DNA of 64,000 bases from an uncultured Armatimonadetes bacterium (GCA_963716175.1 OY970296.1:4384001-4448000); one strand, 5' to 3'; positions 42,961-54,542 are shown, counted from the stretch's first letter. Program-made: numbers and translations. Notes: generated by a model from the letters alone, not told the origin.

Positions 42961-43430
42961 CAAACAGCCTACTGGGGCAGCAAGCTGCGGAACTGACGAA
43001 CGCGCTGTCGCGGTTGATGCGCGCTATCTTCACTCTCGATAGCGATGATCCGACGATGGACCTACCGGTGGCGCAGCTTCGCGCCTGCAACCTCCTCAGC
43101 GAGGGCCCTCGCACTATCTCGAGGCTGGCGCGGGATCTCGGGATCACGGTGAGCGCGGTCACTCAGATCGCCGACCGCCTGGAGTCCGCGCACATGGCCG
43201 CGCGACTTCCCGGAACAAGAGACCGTCGCACCAGGACCCTACGGCTGACCGACCACGGCGAGCGGGTGCTACGGTCGCGCAGGCAACAGCGCGTCTCGCG
43301 TGCCTCCGAGGTGCTCAGTGAGCTCTCCCCTCCCGCCCGGCGGAACGTGCTCAAGGCCCTTTCCGCGCTCCTCGATGCCAGCACCGGCGTCGCTCCCGGG
43401 ATCGCCGGCGATGGGGTCACAACCCTCTAG
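42957..43430 (+). CDS. MarR-family regulator
   Basis: TISRLARDLGITVSAVTQIADRLE, DRRTRTLRLT. Confidence 0.85.
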   Translation: MTNSLLGQQAAELTNALSRLMRAIFTLDSDDPTMDLPVAQLRACNLLSEGPRTISRLARDLGITVSAVTQIADRLESAHMAARLPGTRDRRTRTLRLTDHGERVLRSRRQQRVSRASEVLSELSPPARRNVLKALSALLDASTGVAPGIAGDGVTTL

Positions 43431-43642
43431 CAGCAGCGGCCGAGGGGCCGCGGTGCCGCCGCCCGATGGCGCTGCGTGCACACGAAGGCGCGCGCAAGCG
43501 CCCCCAACCTCTGCAGCTTGACTCAGTCCCACTGATGCCAAGGAAAAAGGACAGCCGGCCTGAGGGCAGAATGCCGAGCGTCTGAGACTGCCTGGGCAGG
43601 GCAGTCAGGCCCACGCAAACTGACAGTGGCAGGAGGAGTAGG

Positions 43643-44782
43643 ATGAGGCGCAGGACGTTCGGACTGATGTTGGCGTGCGGGCTACTCTTGCTGGCAGCCA
43701 CGGCCGCATCCGCCGGCAAAGTGCGAGCACTGTCCATAGTCAAGGGCCCCTATCTGCAGAACGTCACCACCGATTCCATTACCGTCATGTGGCAGACCAG
43801 CCTGGCGAGCGACTCTCGGGTGAACTACGGCCTGGATTCGAGCTACGGCGGCCACGTGTCCGACGCCACTCAGGTGACCGTGCACGAAGTGCACCTCAGC
43901 GGTCTGAGCCTCGATACGGTGTACCATTACGGCGTCACCTCTACCGCCACTAGCAAGGCGGGAACTCAGACCATCTCCAGCGCCGATGGCACCTTCCAGA
44001 CCGCGGTATCTCCGACCACCACCTCGTTCCGCTTCGCGGCTTACGGCGACTCCCGCACCCAGTCGGCGGTGCACGCCGCGGTGGTGAGCGCGATCCTCGC
44101 CAGCGCGCCGCGATTCGTGCTCCACACCGGTGATTTCGTGAGCAGTGGAAAGAAAGACAGCTATTGGCAGACGGAGTTCTTCGACCCGGCCCAGCCCATG
44201 ATCTCACGCCTCACGCTGTTCCCCATCCAGGGCAACCACGAGGGCAACTCTGCCCTCTACTACCAGTACTTCGACCCGCCGGACGGGGGAGGCGACTACA
44301 ACGAGCGCTGGTACTCTTTCGACTACGGGAACGCCCATTTCGTGGCGGTTGACACGCAGACGAGCTTCTCGCCCGGGAGCGCGGAGTACAACTGGCTGGT
44401 CAGCGACCTGGCGTCCAATAGCGCGAAGTGGCTGTTCGTGTTCCAGCACTACCCGGCCTACAGCTCCGGCGACCACGGGGGAGACGCGAAGGTCCAGACC
44501 TATCTGGTGCCGCTCTACGAGCAGTACGGCGTGGACATGGTGTTCTGCGGCCACGACCACATCTATGAGCGGAGCCTGAAGGACGGTGTCCAGTACGTGG
44601 TCACGGGAGGCGGTGGCGCGCCGCTCTATGAGGTGGACCTGAGCCCCAACCCGTATCAGGTCTACGCGCACTCCCTCCACCACCACTGCACCATAGACAT
44701 CAGCGGCAGCACCGCTACCTTGCGCGCGGTCGCGAACGACGGTAGTGTCTTTGATACTGTGACCATGACGCATAGCCCTTAG
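43643..44782 (+). CDS. Secreted purple-acid-phosphatase-like metallophosphoesterase
   Basis: Signal peptide; YGDSR, HTGDFV, GNHE, GHDH motifs. Confidence 0.9.
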   Translation: MRRRTFGLMLACGLLLLAATAASAGKVRALSIVKGPYLQNVTTDSITVMWQTSLASDSRVNYGLDSSYGGHVSDATQVTVHEVHLSGLSLDTVYHYGVTSTATSKAGTQTISSADGTFQTAVSPTTTSFRFAAYGDSRTQSAVHAAVVSAILASAPRFVLHTGDFVSSGKKDSYWQTEFFDPAQPMISRLTLFPIQGNHEGNSALYYQYFDPPDGGGDYNERWYSFDYGNAHFVAVDTQTSFSPGSAEYNWLVSDLASNSAKWLFVFQHYPAYSSGDHGGDAKVQTYLVPLYEQYGVDMVFCGHDHIYERSLKDGVQYVVTGGGGAPLYEVDLSPNPYQVYAHSLHHHCTIDISGSTATLRAVANDGSVFDTVTMTHSP

Positions 44783-44926
44783 CCCACACCACCACTCCCG
44801 AGCGGTGGGCCGGCTCCGCTCGCCGGGTAGCACGCGGCCACACCCGCCCCGTTCTCCGGCAAGGGATGACAGGTTCATGTGCGGAAGAGGACTGCCGGTA
44901 CACCGCGGGCACTGAGGGGAGGAACC

Positions 44927-46297
44927 ATGGCCGGTGATAGAGAGCAGATGCAGGGTTCGCTGCAGAGTAGCCTGAAGGCGGTCTCGCGAAGGGGCGAACC
45001 GAAGATCGGTGTGGAAGAGTTCATGTCAGTCGCCGAGCGGTTCGGCTTCTCGGGCTCCACGCTGCAGAAGATCCGGGAGGCGGTGGAAGAGGAGGATTGG
45101 GGCGAGGGGCCCTTCCTCGCGAACTACTACTCGGGACTGAAGCAGACGAAGGTGCAGGCCTTCGAGGAGACGGCACGCGGGATCTTTGGCCTGCCATATG
45201 CCATCGGGGTAAGCTCTGGGACGGCCGCACTGCACAGCGCCTTCGTGGCGGTCGGTGTCGGGCCGGGCACAGAGGTCATCTGCCCGGCGATCGGCTTCTT
45301 CGCGACGGCCGCGGCCGTGGTCACCTCGGGCGGGGTGCCAGTGTTCTGCGATGTGGACGAATCGCTGGGTATGGACCCGGCCAAGATCGAGCCGCTCATC
45401 AACGAGAGAACGGTGGCGCTCGCGCCCACCCACGTGATGGGGAGTGTGTGCGCGATGGACCGGATCATGGAGGTCGCCCGCAAGCACCAGCTCAGGGTGG
45501 TGGAGGACTGCGCGCAGTCGTGCGGCGCGAAGTTCAGAGGGCAGTATGTCGGCACCTTCGGCAACCTGGGATGCTTCAGCATATCAGCCTACAAGATAGT
45601 CGGCGGCGGCGAAGGCGGCCTCATCGTGACCAACCAGGAGCGACTGTGGGAACGCGCGAGCTGCCTCGCCGAGTGCGGCGGCCTGTGGCGCCCCGATCGG
45701 TTCGCTCCCCCGCGATACGAAGGCGAGCTCTTCTGCGGCACTAACTACCGGATGTCAGAGCTGGAGGCGGCGGTGGATGTCGTCCAGCTGCACAAGATGG
45801 CCCGCACGGTCGAGCGCGCCCGCATGGTCAAGCATCAGGTCCTCGGCAGGCTGAAGCGCTTCCGGGGGATCGTGCCGCAGAAGCTCAATGACGCGGAGGG
45901 CGAGATCGGCTATCTGCTGCGCTTCTACCCCGAGACCTTCGAGCTGGGTTGGCAGATCGTTGACGGCCTGAAGGCGCGCGGAGTGGGCTGCGGGATGCGC
46001 GGCAAGGACGCTCCACCCGACTGGCACGTCTACGCGTACATGTACCCCATCCTGCTCAAGGGCGGCGCCACCGAAGCCGGGTTCCCCACCGAGCATCCGC
46101 GCTACAAGCAGCGCGGGGGCCGGGTGGACTACCGGCGCGGCGACTGCCCGGTGGCCGACGACCTGTTCGACCGGATGATCTCGATCGGCCTCAACCAGTG
46201 GCACTCGGAAGATGACTGCGAGCGCATGGCCCAGACCATCAACGAGGTGCTGTCCGAGGCCTGCGGAGAGGACCAGCAGGGGCCGCGGTGGCTGTGA
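44927..46297 (+). CDS. DegT/DnrJ/EryC1/StrS aminotransferase
   Basis: SSGTAALH, VEDCAQ, FSISAYKIVGGGEGG, NYRMSEL. Confidence 0.9.
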   Translation: MAGDREQMQGSLQSSLKAVSRRGEPKIGVEEFMSVAERFGFSGSTLQKIREAVEEEDWGEGPFLANYYSGLKQTKVQAFEETARGIFGLPYAIGVSSGTAALHSAFVAVGVGPGTEVICPAIGFFATAAAVVTSGGVPVFCDVDESLGMDPAKIEPLINERTVALAPTHVMGSVCAMDRIMEVARKHQLRVVEDCAQSCGAKFRGQYVGTFGNLGCFSISAYKIVGGGEGGLIVTNQERLWERASCLAECGGLWRPDRFAPPRYEGELFCGTNYRMSELEAAVDVVQLHKMARTVERARMVKHQVLGRLKRFRGIVPQKLNDAEGEIGYLLRFYPETFELGWQIVDGLKARGVGCGMRGKDAPPDWHVYAYMYPILLKGGATEAGFPTEHPRYKQRGGRVDYRRGDCPVADDLFDRMISIGLNQWHSEDDCERMAQTINEVLSEACGEDQQGPRWL

Positions 46298-46362
46298 TGA
46301 CCCCCTGTTCCTGACGGGGGATGCGTTCGCGGCGGTTCCCGCACCCAAGAGGAGGAGCAACC

Positions 46363-46911
46363 ATGGATGCAACCATCACCTACTTCGAGGAGACCGGACC
46401 GGCCAATACCGCGGCGGTGTTGGCACTAGTGAAGAAGCGCGCCATCGAAGCCGGCATCGGGAGTGTGGTGCTCGCCTCGACGAGGGGCGACACCGCGCGC
46501 CAGGCGAGCCAGGTCTTCGCCGACACCGACATCAAGCTGGTGGTGATCCCTCACCAGCACGGCTTCGGTGACACCCCGAAGTTCGATATGGACCTGGCGA
46601 AGGAGTTGGAGGCCGCCGGCCACCGGGTGCACTGGGCGACCATGTTGTTCCACGCCGACGACTTCTACGGCACCCATGCTCCCACCGCGCTCGCCAACCT
46701 GTTGCGCACCTTCGGTCAGGGCACGAAGGTCTGCCTCGAGATCCTCCTGATGGCGGCCGACGGTGGGCTAGTGGGCAGAGGCGAGCAGGTGATTGTGGTG
46801 GCGGGCAGTGGTCGCGGTGCGGACACGGCCTTGCTGGCCACCGCCTCCACCAGCAACCGACTGAAGGAGGTCCGCATTCACGAGATCCTGTGCAAGCCCC
46901 TGCTGCGTTGA
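46363..46911 (+). CDS. Pyruvate-kinase C-terminal-like domain protein (COG1751/MTH1675-like)
   Basis: YFEETGPANT, VVLASTRGDTA, FGQGTKVCLEI..MAADGG, GRGADTA, HEILCKP. Confidence 0.8.
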   Translation: MDATITYFEETGPANTAAVLALVKKRAIEAGIGSVVLASTRGDTARQASQVFADTDIKLVVIPHQHGFGDTPKFDMDLAKELEAAGHRVHWATMLFHADDFYGTHAPTALANLLRTFGQGTKVCLEILLMAADGGLVGRGEQVIVVAGSGRGADTALLATASTSNRLKEVRIHEILCKPLLR

Positions 46912-46975
46912 AGGGAGCGGGCGACTCGTCACCAGTCACCACAAGCATGTGCCTGCTACCAGTGTTAGCCCCACC

Positions 46976-48440
46976 TTATCCCGGCGGCGCCGAAATCAGG
47001 AAGGGAGGGTGAGGCTGCTGCTCCAGGTCGAGGGTCTTGAGCAGGCTGTTGGCATGCCGGTCTCGCGAGGTCAAGGCCGGAAGCTCGAACCGCTCCTCGA
47101 TCATCCGCAACACGGAGGTGAAGTCGTACTGGGTGTGGTCAAGGTGGCCGCGGCGGGCGTAGGGTGAGATCACGATGGTGGGAACGCGGGGGCCATACCC
47201 GTAGCGATCCACCTCCGGCGGAGGCAGGTGGTCGTAGAAGCCTCCATAGTCGTCCCAGGTTATCACCAACACGGTGTGCCGCCAGTAGGGGCTCTTCATC
47301 AGCGCGTTCACCACATCGGTCACGTACCACATGCCCACCTGGAGATCGTGAGGCGGATGCTCGCTCTCGGGCATGTTCGGTATGATCCAGGCCACGGCCG
47401 GCAGCATACCATCGCGCAGGTCCTTGAAGTACTCCACATTCGGCACCAGGTGAGCCCTGAGGCTAGGGTCGTTCATGAAGGTCTTGAAGCCCGGCAGCGG
47501 GTTCCACAGGCCGAATGTCTTCGGCCCTTTGGTGCCGTCGTAGTACCTCCAACTGATGTCGGACTTCCCCAGTAGCTCTGCTATGGTCGGGAAGTCGAAC
47601 CCCCCTTCCGGGGGCTGGCTCAGATTCTTGACTACGCCCCCAGACTGGGCGGCGACAGTATAGAGATGGTTGGGCAGGGACGGGCCGGCAAGGGAGGAGA
47701 AGAACCGATCGCAGAGGGTGAAGCTCTCGGCGTAGGCCCAGTAGTTCGGGAGATCGGACCGATCATAGTAGCCCATGGTGCTGGGGCTGCTTTCAGCGCT
47801 GACGAAGCCGTCCATCTTGCCGCCGTTCATTGCCGCGCGGGCTGCTTCCCAGGTGTGGGTCAGATCGTGGGTCAGGGGCGAAGTGAAATGGAAAGGCGAG
47901 AGCGTGGGCGCGCCACCCGGAGAGGTCGGCACGCGGAGGCCACGGGGAAGCCCGTCCGCCCCGGGATAGGTGCCGAAGTAGTTGTCGAAGGTATGATTCT
48001 CCTGGATCACAAAGAGGATGTGCTCGATCGGGTCGGTAGACGGCCGAGGTGCCCTCGGTGGAGGCCAGGCTTCTCCCCCCGTGACTTCGATCTGGTGCAT
48101 GTAGATGAGGCCTTTGCTGAAGGCGCCGCGAGCAATCACGGTCTTGCCCGGCGCCACCGCCGCAGGAACCGGCCCCGGCACATACACGGTGCGGATAGTG
48201 TTGTTGCTTTCCGCCTGCACCGCGACCAGAATGACCCGTCACATCGAGCACCGTGCCAACGACGTGATTCGGCGGCTGCAGGAGCTGCATCAGCGGTCTC
48301 GCCGACTGGCCCCTCCCCTGCCCCCGGGCCTCTCCCCGTGAACTCGATCTTGGCCCCACACCCGCGAAGCAGCAGCTCAGCGAGACGAGGACAGCAGCGG
48401 CAGACCAAACGGCTCTGACACGGTCGCGGTTGGGGTGCAT
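46976..48440 (-). CDS. Phosphoesterase / phospholipase C family protein (signal peptide in another frame; probable +1 frameshift near 48240)
   Basis: [34 protein letters not shown]. Confidence 0.8.
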
Positions 48441-48636
48441 CTGTGGGCTCCTCTCGCATGGCGTGACTTTCAGTTAGTCTACAGTGACTTGCACGCCTGT
48501 TCAAGCCAGGAGTTAGACCCCGTGGGAGGCCGGACAGACGCGCGCCCTCGGCCAGTCCCGCCTTTCTTGGCGCGGGTCATCCCTTCTGGTACACTACGGG
48601 TCCGGGTTGGGCTATGCCGATGTCCAGAGGTGCAAC

Positions 48637-49626
48637 GTGGCCACGATTGACGTCCACACACATGTGCTGCCCCCATATGCGGAGCTGGCGATCCAGGTCA
48701 TGGACGCATGCGCGATAGAACGAGTAGTGACCCTCGAGTGGCACGACGGCTTCGGGGATGCGCTGCGCGAGCACCTTGCGAGCTTTGGTGCGTATCCGGG
48801 CCGGTTCATCGTCTTCGGAAATGTTGACTTCCGGCGGATCAACGAGCGCGGCTTCGGCGAGACCTCCGCTGCCCAGATGGAGGCAGACGTCGAGGCCGGC
48901 ATGCGGGGCCTGAAGGTCTACAAGGCCCTGGGCCTGGAATACCGCGACGCCAAGAGGGAGCTCTGGCGTGTCAACGACGAGCGACTCGACCCGATATGGG
49001 CGAAGGCCGGCGAGCTCGGCATCCCGGTCCTGCTTCACACCGCCGATCCACCTGACTTCTGGGAGCCGGTCAACGATTTCAACTTCTGGGGCATCGAGCT
49101 CGCTGGCGAGTCCACCGGCTGGAGCTATTATCGCAAGGGCTTGCCCAGCCCGGACGAGCTTCTGGGCGAGAGGAACGAGGTGATCCGGCGTCATCCCGAC
49201 ACCGTCTTCATCTGCCCTCATGTCGGCAGCAAGGCCGAGTGCCTCGACTCGGCTGCAGACGACCTCGACGACATGCCGAACTTGCATTACGACATCTCTG
49301 CGCGGGTATCCATCATGGGCCGGTCAACGCGGCGCGCCGCTCACTCCCGCGAGTTCCTGATCGAGCGCCAGGACCGCGTCCTGTTCGGCACCGACTTCAT
49401 CTGCGATGAAGCTCCCGGGGATGCCGATTCCAGGCGGGAGTACATGGCGGCCGCGGCCGTGTTCTACCGGTCGTACCTGGACTTCCTCACCACCAGCAAA
49501 GTGCAGACCGAGCCGCCGTTCGAGCAGAGCGTACGCGGCTACTCGCTTACCGGCCTTGGCCTGCCGCAGGAGGTCTGCAACAAGATCCTGCGTGAGAATG
49601 CCCGCCGGCTTCTCGGGCTGATCTGA
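48637..49626 (+). CDS. Amidohydrolase_2 family metallohydrolase
   Basis: IDVHTH, GLKVYK, PVLLHTADP, PHVG, LFGTD. Confidence 0.85.
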   Translation: MATIDVHTHVLPPYAELAIQVMDACAIERVVTLEWHDGFGDALREHLASFGAYPGRFIVFGNVDFRRINERGFGETSAAQMEADVEAGMRGLKVYKALGLEYRDAKRELWRVNDERLDPIWAKAGELGIPVLLHTADPPDFWEPVNDFNFWGIELAGESTGWSYYRKGLPSPDELLGERNEVIRRHPDTVFICPHVGSKAECLDSAADDLDDMPNLHYDISARVSIMGRSTRRAAHSREFLIERQDRVLFGTDFICDEAPGDADSRREYMAAAAVFYRSYLDFLTTSKVQTEPPFEQSVRGYSLTGLGLPQEVCNKILRENARRLLGLI

Positions 49627-49687
49627 CCAGCATCGCGCGAGCTTCGTGAGTCCGGCAGAGGCTTCCCCTCCTCGCCACCATGGCGGA

Positions 49688-50724
49688 TCAGGCGCCGAAC
49701 GTGCCGCTCTCCGCCTCTGCTGATCTCGGCGCCTGGCAGAAGGCGCGGAACACGTCATCCGCCACGCCCGCGGGGATCTCGCAGCCGGCGCTGAGCATGA
49801 AAGGAGTGGCCCTGGCCAAGCGCAGGCGCTCCAGGGCGCGCTGGCGGCAGTGGTCCGGGGTAGCCTGCAGCAAATCGGTCACCGGGTTCAGATTCCCCTT
49901 GTAGCACTTGCCGGCTGCGCGGTAGACATCGCGCGCCCGCTGGAAGTCTACCATGTGATCAACGTTGAAGAGATCGCACCCCGACTCTACCATGGCCTCG
50001 AGCAGGAGGGAGGTGTTGCCACAGATATGGAGCTTCACCAGGCCGCCCACGTTGTGAACTGCCGAGGCCACCTGCTGCTCATAGGGCAGCGCGAACTCGC
50101 CGTACATAGCGGGGGAGATGAGGGAAGCGGCCGCGTCGCCAGCCCCGATCATGGGTGCGCCGGCCTCTACCTGGGCGAGCGCGAACTCGATCACGAGTCC
50201 GGTCAGAAACCGGAGAATCCTGTGGGCGAGCGCCGGCTCCAGCACCAGCATCAGCAGGAACTCGGAGACCCCGCAGATGGAGCAGGCTTCGGCGAAGGGC
50301 ATGTCCACCCAGCCGACGACTAGGCACTCCTGCCCCGCGGCCCGGTGCATTTCCGCAACCGCTGCCACCCGGTCGGCCATCCGGCTACCGGCGCTACTCG
50401 GGTCCGGCCGAGGAAGGCGCAGCAGATCGCCCGCCTCCGTCACCAGCGGCCTCAGCCAGAGGGCGGGGTCTCCTCCGGGTAGGCCATCTCGGCGCCCAGA
50501 TCCGCAGTGATGCGGAAGGCGTCCGAGCACGCGGTGACGGCGTCGAGGTCGAACTGGTCGCGCACCTGCAGCTGGGCCCGGGCCAGAGCGCCCGCACTCG
50601 TGGCGTACTCGCGATAGGCGATCCTCGCCCTATCGGCCGCCAGCAGCATCAGCAGCGGGAAGACCGGCGCCCGATCAACCTGCTCGCCTCGTACCGCAGC
50701 CAGGCAGCGTTCCCGGCCATTCAC
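49688..50724 (-). CDS. Uroporphyrinogen-decarboxylase/MtaA-like family protein, frameshift near 50455
   Basis: MNGRERCLAAVRGEQVDRAPVFP in one frame; LHICGN, KGNLNP, LSAGCEIP in another. Confidence 0.8.
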
Positions 50725-50740
50725 ATTCGCCCACCTCGCA

Positions 50741-52027
50741 TCACTGCTTCAGGAACAGCTCGATCACCGGCACGCTGACATCGGGTGTGGCCACGGGCAG
50801 CTCGAGGCTGAGCTGCTGCGATTTCCGCATTTCGCTGTGGGCGCCGTAGCTGCCCTCCGGGATCTCCCCAAGCATCCTCACTTCCGAGGCGTCGTTGAGG
50901 AGCTGCGCGTACGCCACGCGGCCGGCCATCCCATCGAGGTTCAGGTACTTGTACGGCCAGGCGAAGACGTGCACATAGAGGCGGCGTGTCTTCGGGTTGT
51001 AGGTGAGACGACAGTCCGACGGGACAGGGAATTCCGCGGGCGCCTGGGTGCACCCATAAATGGAGCGGCCGTGGCGCTTCATCCACTCGCCGATTCCGGC
51101 CAGGCGGTCGAGGGCGCGCTGATCGAACTCGCCCCGCGCCGTCGGGCCCACGTTCAGAAGCAGGTTCCCGCCTTTGCTCACCGTATCAATGAGCATCCGC
51201 ACCAGTTGCTCGACGCTCTTCCAGCTCGCCTCGTCGCGGTGATAGCCCCATGAACCCGAGAAGGTATGACACACCTCCCAGGCCACCGGCTGGCCATCAA
51301 CAGTAAGGCCCTCTCGCGGCTGGAACTGCTCCGGGCACCGATAGTCCCACCCGCCCTCCTCGATGAGGTCGAGACGATCGTTGACGACGATGGCCGGCTG
51401 CAGCTCCCGCGTCATCTTGAGCAGCTTCTCGCTCTCCCAGACATCGCGGCCCTTCTCGTAGCTGAAGTCGTAGAAGAGCATGTCTATCTTGCCGTACCCC
51501 GTCAGCAGCTCGCGCATCTGCCCGTGCAGATACTCTGTGTACTTGCTCTGGTCTCGCCCCTGATTCAGCTTCTCGCGCTCGGGGTGGTTGCGCATGGGAT
51601 GCACGTCGTCAATGGTGAAGTGCGGGTGGTGCCAGTCCAGCAGGGAGTGGTAGAAGCCCACTCGCAGGCCGCGGCTGCGGAACGCCTCCACCATGGGGCG
51701 GATCAGATCGCGCCCGGCCGGCGTATTGGTGGCCTTATAGTCGGTGAGCTTGGAGTCCCACAGGCAGAAACCGTCGTGGTGCTTGGTGGTGATGACGAAG
51801 TACTTCATCCCGGCCTCCGCGGCGACCCGCGCCCACTGATCGGGGTCGTAGCGGTCGGGATCGAAGTAGCTGAGGTACCGGTCATAGGCCTGGTCCGGGA
51901 TCTCCTCTCTCTGCTTGACCCACTCATGGCGGGCGAGCAGCGCGTACACGCCCCAGTGTATGAAGAGGCCGAAGCGGGCCTCCAGGAACCAACTGATGTC
52001 GCCGTGGCCCAGCCCAGATTTCCTCAT
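50741..52027 (-). CDS. Alpha-L-fucosidase (GH29)
   Basis: RFGLFIHWG, TTKHHDGFCLW, FYDFS, GGNLLLNVGP. Confidence 0.92.
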   Translation of the reverse strand: MRKSGLGHGDISWFLEARFGLFIHWGVYALLARHEWVKQREEIPDQAYDRYLSYFDPDRYDPDQWARVAAEAGMKYFVITTKHHDGFCLWDSKLTDYKATNTPAGRDLIRPMVEAFRSRGLRVGFYHSLLDWHHPHFTIDDVHPMRNHPEREKLNQGRDQSKYTEYLHGQMRELLTGYGKIDMLFYDFSYEKGRDVWESEKLLKMTRELQPAIVVNDRLDLIEEGGWDYRCPEQFQPREGLTVDGQPVAWEVCHTFSGSWGYHRDEASWKSVEQLVRMLIDTVSKGGNLLLNVGPTARGEFDQRALDRLAGIGEWMKRHGRSIYGCTQAPAEFPVPSDCRLTYNPKTRRLYVHVFAWPYKYLNLDGMAGRVAYAQLLNDASEVRMLGEIPEGSYGAHSEMRKSQQLSLELPVATPDVSVPVIELFLKQ

Positions 52028-52101
52028 GGTATCTCCTTTCGCGATGCTTCAAGGGCGGGCCTACAGAGGGATGCCCGCCCTACAGGCTTCCCGCTCACAG
52101 T

Positions 52102-52854
52102 TCACGAAAACTGCCGGTAGTAGGCCTCGACGTTCTCGAAATCCACCGTTTCATCCGGCGGCAGGCCGAGCCGTTTGTAGAGGCCGCTGCGGGCGCGCAT
52201 ATCGTCCAGCAGGACGGCGCGGGCGTGGACGGCCACTTCCTCGGCGACGTGCGCGGGCACCACCAGCACGCCGTCGTCGTCGCAGCCGACCATATCGCCC
52301 GGGTTCACCTGGACTCCGCCGCAGCCGATCTTGCACTGGACCTCCGCCACCTCGATGCGGCCCGGGATGATGGTGCGACCGCGGAGGCGCGCCGCGATCG
52401 GGGTCTTCTGAAGCGCGACCTCAGCCGTGTCTCGCACATAGCCGTCCGTGACAATACCAACCGCGCCGGCCGCCATCATGCCCATCGAGTTCGCTGACCC
52501 CCAGAAACCAACCTCGCCCGCGCCGCCGGTGTCAGTCACAATCACATGACCTGGGCGCACCACATCGCCCACTCCGATGTGGCCCATTTCCTTGAACCAG
52601 ATGCCGTGGGCATCTACGATCTCCTCCGTGGTCTTGAGAGGCCACATGGGCCGGTTTACGGGGACGCATCGGATGGTGAGCGCGACGCCCCAGAACTTCA
52701 TGCCCAGCCAGAGCGGCCTGATCTCAGGCCACATGCGGCCAATCTCGAAGTAGCCGATGCCGTCGAGCGCATCGCAGACATCCACAACGCGCAGGTGCTT
52801 GTAGAGCTTCGCCACCTCGAACGCATCCTTCGCCTTCTTCCGTTTGGAACCCAT
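52102..52854 (-). CDS. RraA / HMG-CHA aldolase family protein
   Basis: DVCDALD, FWGS, DGYVRD, PGDMVGCDDDGVLVVP. Confidence 0.85.
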   Translation of the reverse strand: MGSKRKKAKDAFEVAKLYKHLRVVDVCDALDGIGYFEIGRMWPEIRPLWLGMKFWGVALTIRCVPVNRPMWPLKTTEEIVDAHGIWFKEMGHIGVGDVVRPGHVIVTDTGGAGEVGFWGSANSMGMMAAGAVGIVTDGYVRDTAEVALQKTPIAARLRGRTIIPGRIEVAEVQCKIGCGGVQVNPGDMVGCDDDGVLVVPAHVAEEVAVHARAVLLDDMRARSGLYKRLGLPPDETVDFENVEAYYRQFS

Positions 52855-52988
52855 GTCCAGACTCTCTCCTTGCTGTCTAATGGGGCCGCGCGATTCCGCA
52901 CGGCCCGGCCCGCGGGCGAAAGCACGCGGATACGACGGCCCTTGCCGGAAGCTCCCGCGAAGGACAAGCCGCGTAGGTCCTCTCAGCC

Positions 52989-54125
52989 TCAGACGTAGTT
53001 CATGCCGGGCAGGGGCAAGGGCACAGGGAACAGCGATGCGAGCACGCGGCCCAGCTCGCCGCTGACACTCACCGCGCCGCGGCCGCCGAGGCAGAGCCGC
53101 GCGGACTGACCCAGATCAAGGCTGATGCGATCGTCGCCGTATCCGAAGACGCAGGTTTCCGCCTCCTGCGCGAACAGCAGCTGCCGGACCACGGCCGGCG
53201 CCAGCCGGGCCCGGAGGTAGGGCCGAAGGCTGCGCATGAGAGTCGGCAGATGGAGCAGCCGGATGGTGTGGTCCGCGATGGTAGCGGCCTTCCGCTCCAG
53301 GCCTTCACTCGCGAAGATGTAGGCCAGCTCTTGGTCGTGCCGGGGGAAGCAGAAGTCAAGCTGGCCGATGCCGCCGGCCTTCAGCATGCTGGGCAGCGCG
53401 CCAACCAGCGCGGCGCGCGCCCCCGCATACTCCACCACGCTCCGCCAGGGGCGGTCGTGCTCCCTTCCCCAGCCGCGGCCGAGCCTGATGTAGGCCACCA
53501 TGCCCCCGCGAGATTCAACCACCCAGGCCTCCCGATGCCAACCCGTTGTCAGCGAGCGGCGGAAGAAGTCGGCGGAGCGTATGAACCGCACCGGCTCGGC
53601 CTGGTAGAGGCGCGCGCAGGCCGACCAGTCCTCGGATTGCACGGGCCGGACGGAGTGCTCGCCTTCGGCCCGGATGGATCCCGGCTCCACGGTCACCTCG
53701 AAGGTGCCGCCGGCATTCACCGCGGAGGCCCTCCGGTACAGCCCCCGCTGCCCGGAGATCAACATAAGAGCGGCGCCGGCCCTGGTCGCCTCGTTGAGGC
53801 AGTGCTCCAGTAGGGTAGTTGCGAGACCCTGGCCGCGGTAGTCCGGATCCGTGCCCACCCCGCCGATGCTCGATATCTTCAGGCGGCAACCGAAGATGGA
53901 GAGGTGATTGTAGACGAGCTTGATGTGCGAGACCAGCTTGCCATCGCGCTCCAGCACCCACGAACCGCGCACGCCGTGCCGGTGCCGTGGTCGGCGCCTC
54001 TGGGGCCGCGCCTCCCGGTGCTGGTGGAAGCCGAACGATCGCGACATCAGCTCCCCGAGCTGATCAGACTCAGCGGGCGTGGCCAGGCGCGGCCCCTCCC
54101 CACTCCCTCTCACCCGTCTAGACAT
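52989..54125 (-). CDS. Eis-like GNAT acetyltransferase
   Basis: IGGVGTDPDYRGQGLATTLL, GLYRR. Confidence 0.8.
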   Translation of the reverse strand: MSRRVRGSGEGPRLATPAESDQLGELMSRSFGFHQHREARPQRRRPRHRHGVRGSWVLERDGKLVSHIKLVYNHLSIFGCRLKISSIGGVGTDPDYRGQGLATTLLEHCLNEATRAGAALMLISGQRGLYRRASAVNAGGTFEVTVEPGSIRAEGEHSVRPVQSEDWSACARLYQAEPVRFIRSADFFRRSLTTGWHREAWVVESRGGMVAYIRLGRGWGREHDRPWRSVVEYAGARAALVGALPSMLKAGGIGQLDFCFPRHDQELAYIFASEGLERKAATIADHTIRLLHLPTLMRSLRPYLRARLAPAVVRQLLFAQEAETCVFGYGDDRISLDLGQSARLCLGGRGAVSVSGELGRVLASLFPVPLPLPGMNYV

Positions 54126-54270
54126 CGCCGCGGCACTCCGGCCCGCAGGCCTTGATCTGCGCCAGCAAGCGGCTGGCGTCCTCCTTGATGCACGCGCTCG
54201 ATGCGGTCATGTGGTAGCGGGTGATGCGGATCAGGTAGCCGCGCACGGGCACCTTGTCAGAAGCAGGCAT
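54118..54270 (-). pseudogene. 50-aa ORF with good RBS, probable gene remnant
   Basis: GGAAGGGAG before ATG 54270; stop overlaps start of the downstream GNAT gene. Confidence 0.35.
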
Positions 54271-54542
54271 GGGGACTCCCTTCCGTCCGATGCGCCATTC
54301 ACCGCCTCGCCACAGATACCAGCAGTCGGCACCCGGCTCGCGGTGTCCCCAAAGACTTCCATTCCCCGGACAGGTTCCCTCTTGTCGCGGGGCTGCCAGC
54401 GGCAGGCAGCAGGGCTCCGGCTGAAGCCAGCGAATCACCAATATAGCTTCGGATGCTGCTGTGGCAGGAGCTTTCGGTCCTGCCCGACGCGGCCGCGCTG
54501 GAGTCCGGCGGCGCTGGCGTGGCGGCAGGTGCGGGTGAGCGG

